The notes beneath the pieces were generated by a model that was not told where the DNA came from, ran no database searches, and worked only from the letters and a program-made list of their open reading frames with translations. From a bacterium (GTDB taxonomy: Bacteria; Patescibacteriota; Dojkabacteria; JAKAPS01; JAJZLI01), in contig JAKAWT010000002.1 in the NCBI GenBank assembly GCA_021816845.1, positions 33,017 through 97,016 on the forward strand: a stretch of 64,000 nt of DNA, written 5' to 3'. A program made the translations under genes and the position numbers. Within the stretch, counting starts at the first letter, position 1, and each line of letters opens with the position of its first letter. Positions 29,302-39,260 of this stretch are shown here, piece by piece.

Positions 29302-30372
29302 ATGAAATTTTTAATTTTTGCAGGTGGTAATGGAACAAGATTATGGCCTGTATCAAGAAAAAAATCACCTAAACAATTTCAAAAATTTTTATCATCAGAA
29401 TCATTATTCCAACAAAATTATAATAGATTAGCCTCTCATTTTAATAAGGAAGATATATATGTAGTTGCTCCATCAGTATATGGGTCTATAATAAAAGATG
29501 AAATTCCAGGAATTTTGGATTCTAACATATTATTAGAACCTGAAACTAGAGATACATTTGCTTGTGTTGGATTTGCAGCATTTTTGATGGATGCAAAATT
29601 TAAAAATGAAGAAATTGCTATTTTATGGTCAGACTATTTAATTAAATATGATGAAGTATTTACTAATGCATTAGAGAGTGCTTTTAAATACTCTAAATTG
29701 CATAACAAGATTGTCGAGATAGATGTTAATCCTACTGAACCCAATGTTAATTTTGGTTATATAAAAATTGGAGATCAAGTTGACCATATTGGAGATTTTA
29801 ATATACATGAATTTTTAAGTTTTAAAGAAAAACCTGATTATAAAAATGCGAAAGAATACTTTGAAAGTTTTGAATATCTGTGGCATACAGGATTAACTGT
29901 TTTTCCAAATAATATGCTTATATCCTTATACAGAAAATATGCAAAAGATATATCCTTATTTGAAGATATAACGAATAGGTATTTAAAAGGTGAAGATTTT
30001 AGAGATCTATATTTAAAAATTGAGAAGATATCAGTTGATTATGCAATTCTTGAAAAAATAAATCCTAAAGATATAGTTGTAATTCCGGCTGATTTAGGAT
30101 GGTCTGATGTTGGAAATTGGAAGTCCGTTAAAGAAGTTTTAGAGGAAGATTTTGATAGTAATGTTCTACTATCTGATGCTCTATCTATAGATACAGATAA
30201 ATCTATAGTATTCTCAACTTCCAAAAATAAGTTAATTACTTTAATAGGTCTTTCTTCCGTTGCTGTAATAGATACTGATGATGCACTACTAGTTTGTAAT
30301 ATAGATGATTCTCATAGGGTAAAAGAATTAATAGATAAACTTAGAGAAAAAAAGAAACATACTCTCCTTTAA
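29302..30372 (+). CDS. Mannose-1-phosphate guanylyltransferase-like nucleotidyltransferase
   Basis: MKFLIFAGGNGTRLWPVSRKKSPKQF matches the ManC/CpsB N-terminus. 356 aa. Confidence 0.8.
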   Translation: MKFLIFAGGNGTRLWPVSRKKSPKQFQKFLSSESLFQQNYNRLASHFNKEDIYVVAPSVYGSIIKDEIPGILDSNILLEPETRDTFACVGFAAFLMDAKFKNEEIAILWSDYLIKYDEVFTNALESAFKYSKLHNKIVEIDVNPTEPNVNFGYIKIGDQVDHIGDFNIHEFLSFKEKPDYKNAKEYFESFEYLWHTGLTVFPNNMLISLYRKYAKDISLFEDITNRYLKGEDFRDLYLKIEKISVDYAILEKINPKDIVVIPADLGWSDVGNWKSVKEVLEEDFDSNVLLSDALSIDTDKSIVFSTSKNKLITLIGLSSVAVIDTDDALLVCNIDDSHRVKELIDKLREKKKHTLL

Positions 30373-31859
30373 ACATTTACACTCTTTTTTGCAGTAGGTA
30401 TATATTGTATATTTTTCCCCAATAATAATCTTGTTTGAGCATCAATAGCTGGAATAGATGAAAATATTATGCTCACAAGTGGATAAGTTACCCATCCTAC
30501 ATATGAAAATGCATTTTTTAGTATCTTCTCTTTGCCTCTCTTTGGGGCTAGTTTTGCTTCAAAAAATAATATGATAACAACAAGTAATGTAGATACAGTC
30601 ATAATTCTACTTATTAGTGAAGGCATAGTATAAGATAGAGACAACTTTTGATAATGGCTATTTAGCTCTGGAATAAGATCCCCAAAGGTTATTATAATAG
30701 GGGCTAATGATCTCTCAAAAGAATTTCTTAGTTGTTGAAATAATAAATAGAATTTTTTATATCTAGATAATTCTTTATGTTGTATGACATTAGGTATGCT
30801 AAATGTCATTTCTGACGCTCCCCACGCCCACCTACGTAACTGTTTATATTGTTCTTTTATACTCTTCCAATAAGTATCACCTAACACTGCATCACCAAAC
30901 ACAGGTATATATAGAGGAATAACTTTTGCATCATCGCCATATTTTATGGTTGTTTTCCAGAATAATCTTTCATCTTCAGGTATTATATTAGTATCCCAAT
31001 ACCCTACCTCATTTAAAGATCTTAAATTTATTGCATAACATGAGAAATTGATGAATCTTTCAGGTTTGAATGTTACAGCCATTTGCCATTGTGCTGCAAA
31101 TGTAGCTATTATTCTTGATACAATAGGAACTTTCCAAATGTTGTTATAGAAAATAGGTATTGGTTGGAATATTGCAGAATAACGTTTATCTGTTTTTAGA
31201 AATGTATATGTTAGATATGCAAAATAGTTGGGTTCATGCCTATAATCTGCATCATTGCTTGTGATTAGAATATTTTCTATTGGAATAGCAAATTTTAAAT
31301 TTTGTTTATAAAATTCTCTTGCAGCAAAATTCTCATTTGATGCTTTTCCTGCTATCTCACCATCTTTTAATTCATGTACTGTGATTATAAATTTGTAAAA
31401 GTCATTTTTATAGATTTTTTGTAATTTTTTGGCAATCATTTCCCCATTAGGAAATTTTTTCTCAGTAGCTATTAATATAATTTTCTTATCTTTTGGGTAG
31501 TTTATTTTCTTGCAAGCTTCAATTGTAGGTATAAGTATCTCTTCACCTTCATTAGCTACTGGTATAAGCAAAACATTATATATATCTTTCCACCTTGGGT
31601 ACTCTTTATCAAGTTTCTCTATCCAGTTGATTTTATATACTTGACTTATCCTCTTATTGGCCATAAATACCAGTACCATCATGGTCAATGACTGGTATAC
31701 AAAATATGTAATATAGAGAATGACCAAGTAAATAACTATGGTAGGTTCAGTAAAAGAAAGTATAAATATAATGAGTATAGTACCCCAAAGCATCAACCCT
31801 GGTATCATCTGTATCAATCTTTCTCTTCTTTGTATTTTTTTGATATTTTGCCCGTACAT
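30369..31859 (-). CDS. Processive family 2 glycosyltransferase (cellulose/chitin synthase-like, membrane-embedded)
   Basis: N- and C-terminal TM segments; DAD (DxD) in ITSNDADYR; QLRRWAWG, i.e. the QxxRW motif. 496 aa. Confidence 0.7.
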   Translation of the reverse strand: MYGQNIKKIQRRERLIQMIPGLMLWGTILIIFILSFTEPTIVIYLVILYITYFVYQSLTMMVLVFMANKRISQVYKINWIEKLDKEYPRWKDIYNVLLIPVANEGEEILIPTIEACKKINYPKDKKIILIATEKKFPNGEMIAKKLQKIYKNDFYKFIITVHELKDGEIAGKASNENFAAREFYKQNLKFAIPIENILITSNDADYRHEPNYFAYLTYTFLKTDKRYSAIFQPIPIFYNNIWKVPIVSRIIATFAAQWQMAVTFKPERFINFSCYAINLRSLNEVGYWDTNIIPEDERLFWKTTIKYGDDAKVIPLYIPVFGDAVLGDTYWKSIKEQYKQLRRWAWGASEMTFSIPNVIQHKELSRYKKFYLLFQQLRNSFERSLAPIIITFGDLIPELNSHYQKLSLSYTMPSLISRIMTVSTLLVVIILFFEAKLAPKRGKEKILKNAFSYVGWVTYPLVSIIFSSIPAIDAQTRLLLGKNIQYIPTAKKSVNV

Positions 31860-32015
31860 AGATTTCTAAAATCAGACTTAAGCTTGCCTAATTCAAGCGA
31901 TTTTAATTATAGCACAATTATTATATGTGGATTCTTATGCTTCATTGAAACTGATTTCTTCAGAATAATATTCATCAAAACTAGTCCATCTTAACTGGAA
32001 TGATAATCATGATAA

Positions 32016-32024
32016 TGTTAAAAT
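32016..32024 (+). promoter_or_regulatory. Candidate extended -10 element TGTTAAAAT, 7 nt upstream of the mutS ATG (leaderless-type)
   Basis: Matches TGnTAnnnT. No SD lies between it and the ATG at 32032. Confidence 0.3.
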
Positions 32025-32031
32025 CCTATTT

Positions 32032-34584
32032 ATGCAAGATACAGAAGATATTGATACACCTGCAATGATTGAATATTATAAGATAAAGGAAGATAATCCT
32101 GGGACTATCATACTATTTCGTATGGGAGATTTTTATGAAATATTTGGGGAAGATGCCAAGATTATATCGAAAATATTAAATATTACACTTACATCAAGAG
32201 ATAAGAATAAAAAAACACCCATGGCAGGATTTCCTTATCATGTTCTAGACTCTTATATACCAAAAATGATGGAAAAAGGGTTAAGAGTTGCAATATGTGA
32301 GCAGATAGAAGAAACCACAGAAAATTCAAAAAAGAGAATCATACGAAGGGAAGTTGTTAGGATAATAACTCCCGGAACCAATATTAGTGTATCTGACGAC
32401 AATACAATATCAAATAATTATATATATTCTATATACCCTGAAGGTAAAAATGTTTTTTCTTCATCATTTCTTGATTTCGTATCTGGTAAATTTTATATAT
32501 TAGATCTTATGGATGAAAAATCTTTAAAATCTTTTATGGCTACTATTAATCCCAAAGAGGTACTTGTTCCTGAAGATATTTTTATTCCTATAGATTTTAA
32601 ACAAACTCAATACAACTATTTTAAAAAGGATGCTCTATATGATCATTTCAATCTTGATACTTTGAAAGGATTTGGTATAGATAATAGTCATTTATCACTA
32701 AAACCCGCAGGGGCAATTATGCATTATGTAGAAAATACCCAGAAAGGTACTTTAGATCATATTAAAACCTTAATTCATTTCAAATCAAAAGATTTCATGA
32801 TACTTGATGATACAACGATTAGAAGTCTTGAGATAGTAGAAAATTTAAAAGATAAATCCTACAAAGGTTCTCTGTTTGAAATATGTAATATGACTTCCAC
32901 AGCAATGGGTGCTAGAAAACTATCTTTTTTTCTCACTCATCCATTAATGGATCCAGCACTAATAGAGAGAAGATATGAAGGAGTCTCCGAGCTTATAGAT
33001 TTAAATATATATGAAGAAATATCAAATATACTTTCAAATATGCACGATATAGAAAGGATATCTGCCAGAATAGGTACAACCTCCATAAATCCAAGGGATA
33101 TGATATCCATTATGCAGTCAATTGATATATCACGTAATCTAATTGAATATTTAAAAAATGTCAAAAGTGAAATATTAATAGAAATATTAAATGTAGTAAA
33201 TATATATAATAATCAAAGTTTAAATGATCTCTATGATTTAATATATAAAAATATTGTGGATTATCCTCCAATAAATATAAAGGATGGTGGATTTATAAAA
33301 GAGGGAGTAAATGAACAACTTGATAAGTATAGAAAAATAATACAAGATGGAAAATCGTGGATAATATCTTTCCAAAAGGAAGAACAAGAGAGACTTAAAA
33401 TACCTTCTTTAAAGGTACATTTTAACAAAATCTTTGGATACTATATTGAAATATCGAATACAAACATTGATAAAATTCCTGAAGATTATATACGGAAACA
33501 GACTTTAAAAGGTGTAGAGAGATACATATCCTTAAAACTTAAAGAATATGAAGATATGGTTATAAATTCTCAGGCAAGAGCATTGTTTCTAGAGAACAAT
33601 ATCCTACAGGATATAAAGATCAGGATTAAAGATTTTATTCCAGTTATACAATCTTTATCTGATAATATAAGTACTCTAGATGTACTTACTTCATTTGCTA
33701 AATCAAGTAGATATTTAAATTTTATAAGACCTACGATTAATAAAGATAGTAAAGAATTGGAAATCAGGAAAGGTAGACACCCAGTTGTTGAATCTTTTAT
33801 AGCACCTGATCCATATATACCCAATGATATTATTCTTGGAAAGGAGAACAATATATTACTTATATCAGGACCAAATATGTCTGGAAAAAGTAGTATATTA
33901 AGACAAACTGCACTAATAGTAATTCTTGCTCAATCAGGATCTTTTGTACCTGCAGAAAAAGCTAAAATCCCAATAGTTGATAGAATATTTACTAGAGTTG
34001 GAGCATCAGATAATTTGTCTGGAGGAGAAAGTACATTTATGGTAGAAATGCTTGAATCTGCTAACATCTTAAATAATGCAACAGAGAGAAGTTTAATAAT
34101 ACTTGATGAAGTTGGAAGGGGTACTTCAACATATGATGGTGTTGCAATAGCATGGGCAATTATAGAATATATACATGACGAGATAGGTTCCAATACGCTA
34201 TTCGCTACTCATTATAATGAATTGTTAGTCTTAGAAGAAATACTACCAAGAGTTTTTAACATGCACGTGAAGGTTGTTGAAAAAAATAAAAAAGTAGTTT
34301 TCTTACGTGTTTTAGAGAAAGGAGGTACTGATAAAAGCTATGGTGTACATGTTGCATCTATTGCTGGATTACCAAGTAGTGTGATACATAGAGCATATGA
34401 ATTGTTATCTGATTTTGAACAAAATAAAACAAAATATAAAAAGAAGTTATTTGAGCAAAGCATATTTACTGCCCCTCTAGAAGAAAGTTTAATTGAAAAA
34501 GAATTAAAAGCTATTGATATAAATACACTGTCCCCTATTGATGCATTTAATAAATTATTAGAGATTAAAAAAAAGATCAAATAA
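32032..34584 (+). CDS. mutS: DNA mismatch repair protein MutS
   Basis: TPAMIEYYKIKEDNPGTIILFRMGDFYE and Walker A ISGPNMSGKSS; SGGESTFMVEM. Confidence 0.93.
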   Translation: MQDTEDIDTPAMIEYYKIKEDNPGTIILFRMGDFYEIFGEDAKIISKILNITLTSRDKNKKTPMAGFPYHVLDSYIPKMMEKGLRVAICEQIEETTENSKKRIIRREVVRIITPGTNISVSDDNTISNNYIYSIYPEGKNVFSSSFLDFVSGKFYILDLMDEKSLKSFMATINPKEVLVPEDIFIPIDFKQTQYNYFKKDALYDHFNLDTLKGFGIDNSHLSLKPAGAIMHYVENTQKGTLDHIKTLIHFKSKDFMILDDTTIRSLEIVENLKDKSYKGSLFEICNMTSTAMGARKLSFFLTHPLMDPALIERRYEGVSELIDLNIYEEISNILSNMHDIERISARIGTTSINPRDMISIMQSIDISRNLIEYLKNVKSEILIEILNVVNIYNNQSLNDLYDLIYKNIVDYPPINIKDGGFIKEGVNEQLDKYRKIIQDGKSWIISFQKEEQERLKIPSLKVHFNKIFGYYIEISNTNIDKIPEDYIRKQTLKGVERYISLKLKEYEDMVINSQARALFLENNILQDIKIRIKDFIPVIQSLSDNISTLDVLTSFAKSSRYLNFIRPTINKDSKELEIRKGRHPVVESFIAPDPYIPNDIILGKENNILLISGPNMSGKSSILRQTALIVILAQSGSFVPAEKAKIPIVDRIFTRVGASDNLSGGESTFMVEMLESANILNNATERSLIILDEVGRGTSTYDGVAIAWAIIEYIHDEIGSNTLFATHYNELLVLEEILPRVFNMHVKVVEKNKKVVFLRVLEKGGTDKSYGVHVASIAGLPSSVIHRAYELLSDFEQNKTKYKKKLFEQSIFTAPLEESLIEKELKAIDINTLSPIDAFNKLLEIKKKIK

Positions 34585-34585
34585 A

Positions 34586-35812
34586 ATGATAGAAAGAGAT
34601 ATTCTACTGGAACTTAAACAAGGGTTAGATAATAATAAGACAACTATAGTTTTAGGTTCTCCAAGGGTTGGGAAAACTACTTTACTTGATATGATATCTG
34701 GATATATAAAAAATAAAAGTATAGGGAATTATGTATATATTGATTTTAAAATATATAGGAATGACTATTCAAAATTTCTAGTAGATCTAGATAATAATAC
34801 TAAGAAATTAAAATTGGAAAAAAGTAATAAAATATATCTTTTATTAGATAATTTCAATTTAAATAATCTGGAAAATAAATTGAATTTTGATAATATTTTT
34901 TATAAATGTATTATAACAAGAGGTTTATTTGATGTAGAAAATACAAATAATATTGAAGTTTTAAAATTATATACACTATCTTTTTTAGAATTTGCAAAAT
35001 ATAAAACACATTATCAATACCCTAAGATGAATAATTTTTTCGATATGTATCCAATATTAGCTTTTGATATCTTTAATGAATATTTAAGGTTTGGAGGATA
35101 TCCTGAAGTTGTATTAGAAGAGACAATTGAAGCCAAAGTAAAAGCACTTAAAGATATATATATTCAATCTATAGAGAAATCTAAATTCAAGAATATTTCT
35201 GGATTAGTAGATTTTCTAACATATATTGCAAATAAAGTTGGAAGAAATGTAAATACCGGATTCTTTACTATTGTTAGTGTATTCAAGGCTCAGGATATTA
35301 TAGATTACTCAACCTATTTACAAAAAATAGGAATTATAAAGGAATTATCTGATTTTAAAAATGAATACCATCCAATATATTATTTTACAGATTTAGGATT
35401 ACGTAACTACATATTAAATGAAAATTCAATAGAAAAACTTGATGATGACCATTATATATTCTCTAACTTTGTATTTATTATAATACTTCATATTTTTTCA
35501 AATTATAAAGAAGTTATATCAATAAAATATTTGAGAGGATATCAAAGAGTACGTTCAGAAATTATAGTTATAAGGGAAGATGGCCATGTTATAATAAGAC
35601 CGACAATATGGAATAGATTAGATCATATTAATGATACAATAGTATCATATATGAGCGATAGTAGGTTTAGAAATTTATTTATAGTAACTATAGCTGGATA
35701 TGATGATTTATTTTATGAAGATAAAAAAATTTCTAGAATTCCATACTATGAACTCTTTTATCTAAACCTTTTTTTAAATGATCAAAATACTCCAAGACAA
35801 CATAGCAAATAA
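34586..35812 (+). CDS. COG1373-type AAA+ ATPase with C-terminal DUF4143-like region
   Basis: P-loop LGSPRVGKTTLLD; LYTLSFLEF, matching the L(Y)PLSF.EF signature; YLRFGGYPEV. 408 aa. Confidence 0.6.
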   Translation: MIERDILLELKQGLDNNKTTIVLGSPRVGKTTLLDMISGYIKNKSIGNYVYIDFKIYRNDYSKFLVDLDNNTKKLKLEKSNKIYLLLDNFNLNNLENKLNFDNIFYKCIITRGLFDVENTNNIEVLKLYTLSFLEFAKYKTHYQYPKMNNFFDMYPILAFDIFNEYLRFGGYPEVVLEETIEAKVKALKDIYIQSIEKSKFKNISGLVDFLTYIANKVGRNVNTGFFTIVSVFKAQDIIDYSTYLQKIGIIKELSDFKNEYHPIYYFTDLGLRNYILNENSIEKLDDDHYIFSNFVFIIILHIFSNYKEVISIKYLRGYQRVRSEIIVIREDGHVIIRPTIWNRLDHINDTIVSYMSDSRFRNLFIVTIAGYDDLFYEDKKISRIPYYELFYLNLFLNDQNTPRQHSK

Positions 35813-37484
35813 AATAGCAGCAGGTGAAGTTATTGAGAGGCCTGCTTCTATACTCAAAGAATTATTAGAGAATTCTATTGATTCTGGTGCTCTAAATATT
35901 ACTGTAACAATTAATGATTTAGATATAAGAGTAGATGATGATGGAGAGGGTATGAGTAAAAAAGATCTTGAGTTATCTATATTAAGATTTGCGACTTCTA
36001 AGATTAGAAAGGAATCAGATTTATATAATATACAGACATTTGGATTTAGAGGAGAGGCATTACCCTCAATAGCATCAATATCAAAAATGAAATTAGCATC
36101 AAAGTATAGACAAGCTAGTAATGCATACAAATTAGATGTGGTAGGAGGTAAAGTAATTGATATATCAGAATTCCCTCTGACAGTTGGTACTTCAATAGAT
36201 GTTAAAGATCTTTTCTTTAACACACCTGTAAGATTAAAATTCTTAAAAAGTCAAAATACTGAATTTAAATATATGCTAGATGTATTTGAAAAAGCCGCTT
36301 TATCTAGTCCTTTAATACATTTTAAACTTTTAAGGAATAACAAAATAATATATGATATGTATAAGGAAGACTTAAAAAAAAGATTTGAGCATATAATACC
36401 CAAGAATAATTATCAGTTTATAGATATAGATTTATCTGTATCAGGTGTTGATATTAAAGGATATATATCATCTTTAAACAATACAAGACCAACGAAAGAT
36501 TTATTATATATATATATAAATAAAAGACCAATTTTTAATTCTGTTATTCAAAAGGCTATTATTGATGGATGTGGAAATCTACTTGAAAAGGGCAAATATC
36601 CAATCATTGTGATATTTTTAGATGTCCCTAATGATAGTATCGATGTTAATGTACATCCTAGAAAATTAGAAGTTAGGTTTAAAGATTCTTCCTATATTTT
36701 CAATATTGTAAAAACTGCTGTAAATAAATCAGTGATGGATAAAAAATTTCAGGAATTTATTCCTAAAGGATCTATTACAGAAGGATTAGCTTTTCATGAT
36801 AAAGATTTTCAGTCCAGTAATTATGATATAAACACTAAAGGGAATACATTTAATAGTACAACTCATATACGATCATATTCTTTTTTTAAAGATAATAATT
36901 TTGTATCAAATGATCTTTATAAAATTAATGTTTATCAATTGTATGATAAATTTCTAGTTCTTGAAAAAGATGAAGGCATCGAGATAATAGATCAGCATGC
37001 AGCATCAGAAAGAGTCAGATTTGAGGAAATTAAAAGAAATATGGAAGATAATAATATAGAAAAGCAACAACTCTTAATACCATATTCTATAGAGTTATCT
37101 AAAAAAGCTTTTATTGAGATTAAATCAAAAATTGATATATTAAAATTGATAGGACTGGATATAGAAATATTTGGAGATAATATAATAAATGTTGTTACCA
37201 TACCTATTTTTTTAAAAGATTCCAATATACAAGATATAATTCTTGAGATAATAGATGATATAGAAAATGGATCTAAAAGTTATGAAGATGAAATAAATAT
37301 CTTTATGGCTACGATAGCATGTCATTCAAGTATTAGGTTTGGTGATCATCTTGCTACTAATGAAATGCAAAAATTAGTTGTAGATTTAAGGAGTTGCAAA
37401 TACCCTTTTACATGCCCTCATGGGAGACCAACAACTTTTGAGATTCCAAGGAAAGAATTATATAAAAGATTTAAAAGGAATTGA
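35778..37484 (+). CDS. mutL: DNA mismatch repair protein MutL
   Basis: MIKILQDNIANKIAAGEVIERPASILKELLENSIDSGA. The start overlaps the upstream ATPase gene by 35 nt. TGA stop. Confidence 0.9.
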   Translation: MIKILQDNIANKIAAGEVIERPASILKELLENSIDSGALNITVTINDLDIRVDDDGEGMSKKDLELSILRFATSKIRKESDLYNIQTFGFRGEALPSIASISKMKLASKYRQASNAYKLDVVGGKVIDISEFPLTVGTSIDVKDLFFNTPVRLKFLKSQNTEFKYMLDVFEKAALSSPLIHFKLLRNNKIIYDMYKEDLKKRFEHIIPKNNYQFIDIDLSVSGVDIKGYISSLNNTRPTKDLLYIYINKRPIFNSVIQKAIIDGCGNLLEKGKYPIIVIFLDVPNDSIDVNVHPRKLEVRFKDSSYIFNIVKTAVNKSVMDKKFQEFIPKGSITEGLAFHDKDFQSSNYDINTKGNTFNSTTHIRSYSFFKDNNFVSNDLYKINVYQLYDKFLVLEKDEGIEIIDQHAASERVRFEEIKRNMEDNNIEKQQLLIPYSIELSKKAFIEIKSKIDILKLIGLDIEIFGDNIINVVTIPIFLKDSNIQDIILEIIDDIENGSKSYEDEINIFMATIACHSSIRFGDHLATNEMQKLVVDLRSCKYPFTCPHGRPTTFEIPRKELYKRFKRN

Positions 37485-39245
37485 TTATCTCACAGTGACA
37501 CTTTTTGCTAAATTTCTTGGTTTATCAGGGTTGTTTCCTCTTAAGATAGTTAAGTGATAAGCTAATATTTGAATGATTATGGTTGAAACTATCCACCAAC
37601 TACTTTCTTTATATGGGACCAAAAAATAATCATCAAAAATTGGGTCTTCCTTATATGTTATTCCTATAGTGAAAGCACCCCTAGATTTTACTTCTCTTGT
37701 TGCAGATATTATAGATTGATAAGTACTATCTTTAGGAGCAAACAAAATACAAGGTGTATTTTTTTCAATTAAAGCAAGAGCTCCATGTTTTAACTCTCCA
37801 GCATTAAATGCTTCTGCATGTATGTAACTACCCTCTTTAATTTTGAGTGCAGTTTCTAATGCTATAGGGAAACTTTGTCCCTTACCTAAAGAGAATAAAT
37901 GATCATATTTACTTATTTTTCTTGCTATATCAATAAATTTTTTGTGAGAATTCAAAGATAATATATTGTTTATAGTATTTATTGCATTTTCAATATCCTT
38001 TTCACCAGCATTTATATTCTTATTCAGATTATTATAAGTTAATGTTAGTATGCTTAATGTCGCTACAAAGGATTTTGTTGCAATTACAGATCTTTCCACA
38101 CCAGCATTAATAGGTATACATATGTCAGATTTTCTTTGTAGACTAGAGAATATAGAGTTAGTTATTGAGACTATTCTCATATTATTTGATTTTGCTATTC
38201 CTATACAGTCTAGGATATCTAAAGTTTCCCCACTCTGTGAGAATGCTATTAAAAGACTTTCTTTGTGAATGGTTTTTATAAAATATGGGAACTCAGAAGC
38301 TATGAATACTTCACTAGAAATTCCGAGTTTAGTCAACATATATTTAAAATACAAGGCTAAATGATAAGAACTACCTGCACCTATCATATAAATATATTTT
38401 GATTTGTTTATCTCATTAGTTAATATATTTATATCTGATAATGATGTATCTAGAATTAGTTTTAAAACATCAGGCTCTTGTTCTATTTCTTTTAGTAGCC
38501 ATGTTTCGTTGGGTTTTAGAGTGTCTTCTGTATAATCTATTTCAGCCTTAATTTTGTTAGGTATTATTTCTGTCTTTGTAATAGTGTCTATTATCTTAAA
38601 ACCTTTTTTATTAATTTTGACCAATTGATTATTTTCTAGTATTACGAAATTTTTTGAAATTTTAGATAGTGAAGGTAAATCTGATGATAAATATGTACCA
38701 TCATTGTTGCTTGTTACTATTATAGGAGAACCATTTGTAATACCTACTATCTTCTTATATTTTAAAGATAATACTACAAAAGCATTAATCCCAGATATTT
38801 TATTAAACGTGTTAATAACAGCATCTTCTAGGCTTTTACCTAACGATAACTCTTCTTCAATTTCATGTGATAACACTTCAGTATCTGTCTCGGAGATGAA
38901 TACATGCCCCTTTTTTAGAAGCTCAGTTTTTAGTTTTTTAAAATTTTCTATAATACCATTGTGAACAACTGTAATACTTTTAGTACAATCATAATGTGGA
39001 TGAGAGTTGATTTTGGTTATATTACCAGAAGTAGCCCATCTTGTGTGTCCTATGCCTATATGACTATCTTTGAATTCTAAATTTTTTTTTACAGAACCTA
39101 TATCTTTTATATTTTGGATTTTTCCATTCACTACAATAGATATTCCCCAGGAGTCATATCCCCTGTATTCCAACTTTTTTAATCCTTGTAAAATTATATC
39201 TCCAGTACTATTGGATTCTCCTATATATGCATATATCCCACACAT
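37485..39245 (-). CDS. glmS: Glutamine--fructose-6-phosphate aminotransferase
   Basis: MCGIYAYIG N-terminal nucleophile; SIS domains; C-terminal KSVTVR. 586 aa. Confidence 0.92.
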   Translation of the reverse strand: MCGIYAYIGESNSTGDIILQGLKKLEYRGYDSWGISIVVNGKIQNIKDIGSVKKNLEFKDSHIGIGHTRWATSGNITKINSHPHYDCTKSITVVHNGIIENFKKLKTELLKKGHVFISETDTEVLSHEIEEELSLGKSLEDAVINTFNKISGINAFVVLSLKYKKIVGITNGSPIIVTSNNDGTYLSSDLPSLSKISKNFVILENNQLVKINKKGFKIIDTITKTEIIPNKIKAEIDYTEDTLKPNETWLLKEIEQEPDVLKLILDTSLSDINILTNEINKSKYIYMIGAGSSYHLALYFKYMLTKLGISSEVFIASEFPYFIKTIHKESLLIAFSQSGETLDILDCIGIAKSNNMRIVSITNSIFSSLQRKSDICIPINAGVERSVIATKSFVATLSILTLTYNNLNKNINAGEKDIENAINTINNILSLNSHKKFIDIARKISKYDHLFSLGKGQSFPIALETALKIKEGSYIHAEAFNAGELKHGALALIEKNTPCILFAPKDSTYQSIISATREVKSRGAFTIGITYKEDPIFDDYFLVPYKESSWWIVSTIIIQILAYHLTILRGNNPDKPRNLAKSVTVR

Positions 39246-39260
39246 AAACTGATAATAACA

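Noticed and set aside
35774-36223. 149-aa minus-strand ORF overlapping mutL
   Set aside because: Antisense to the strongly supported mutL N-terminal ATPase domain.
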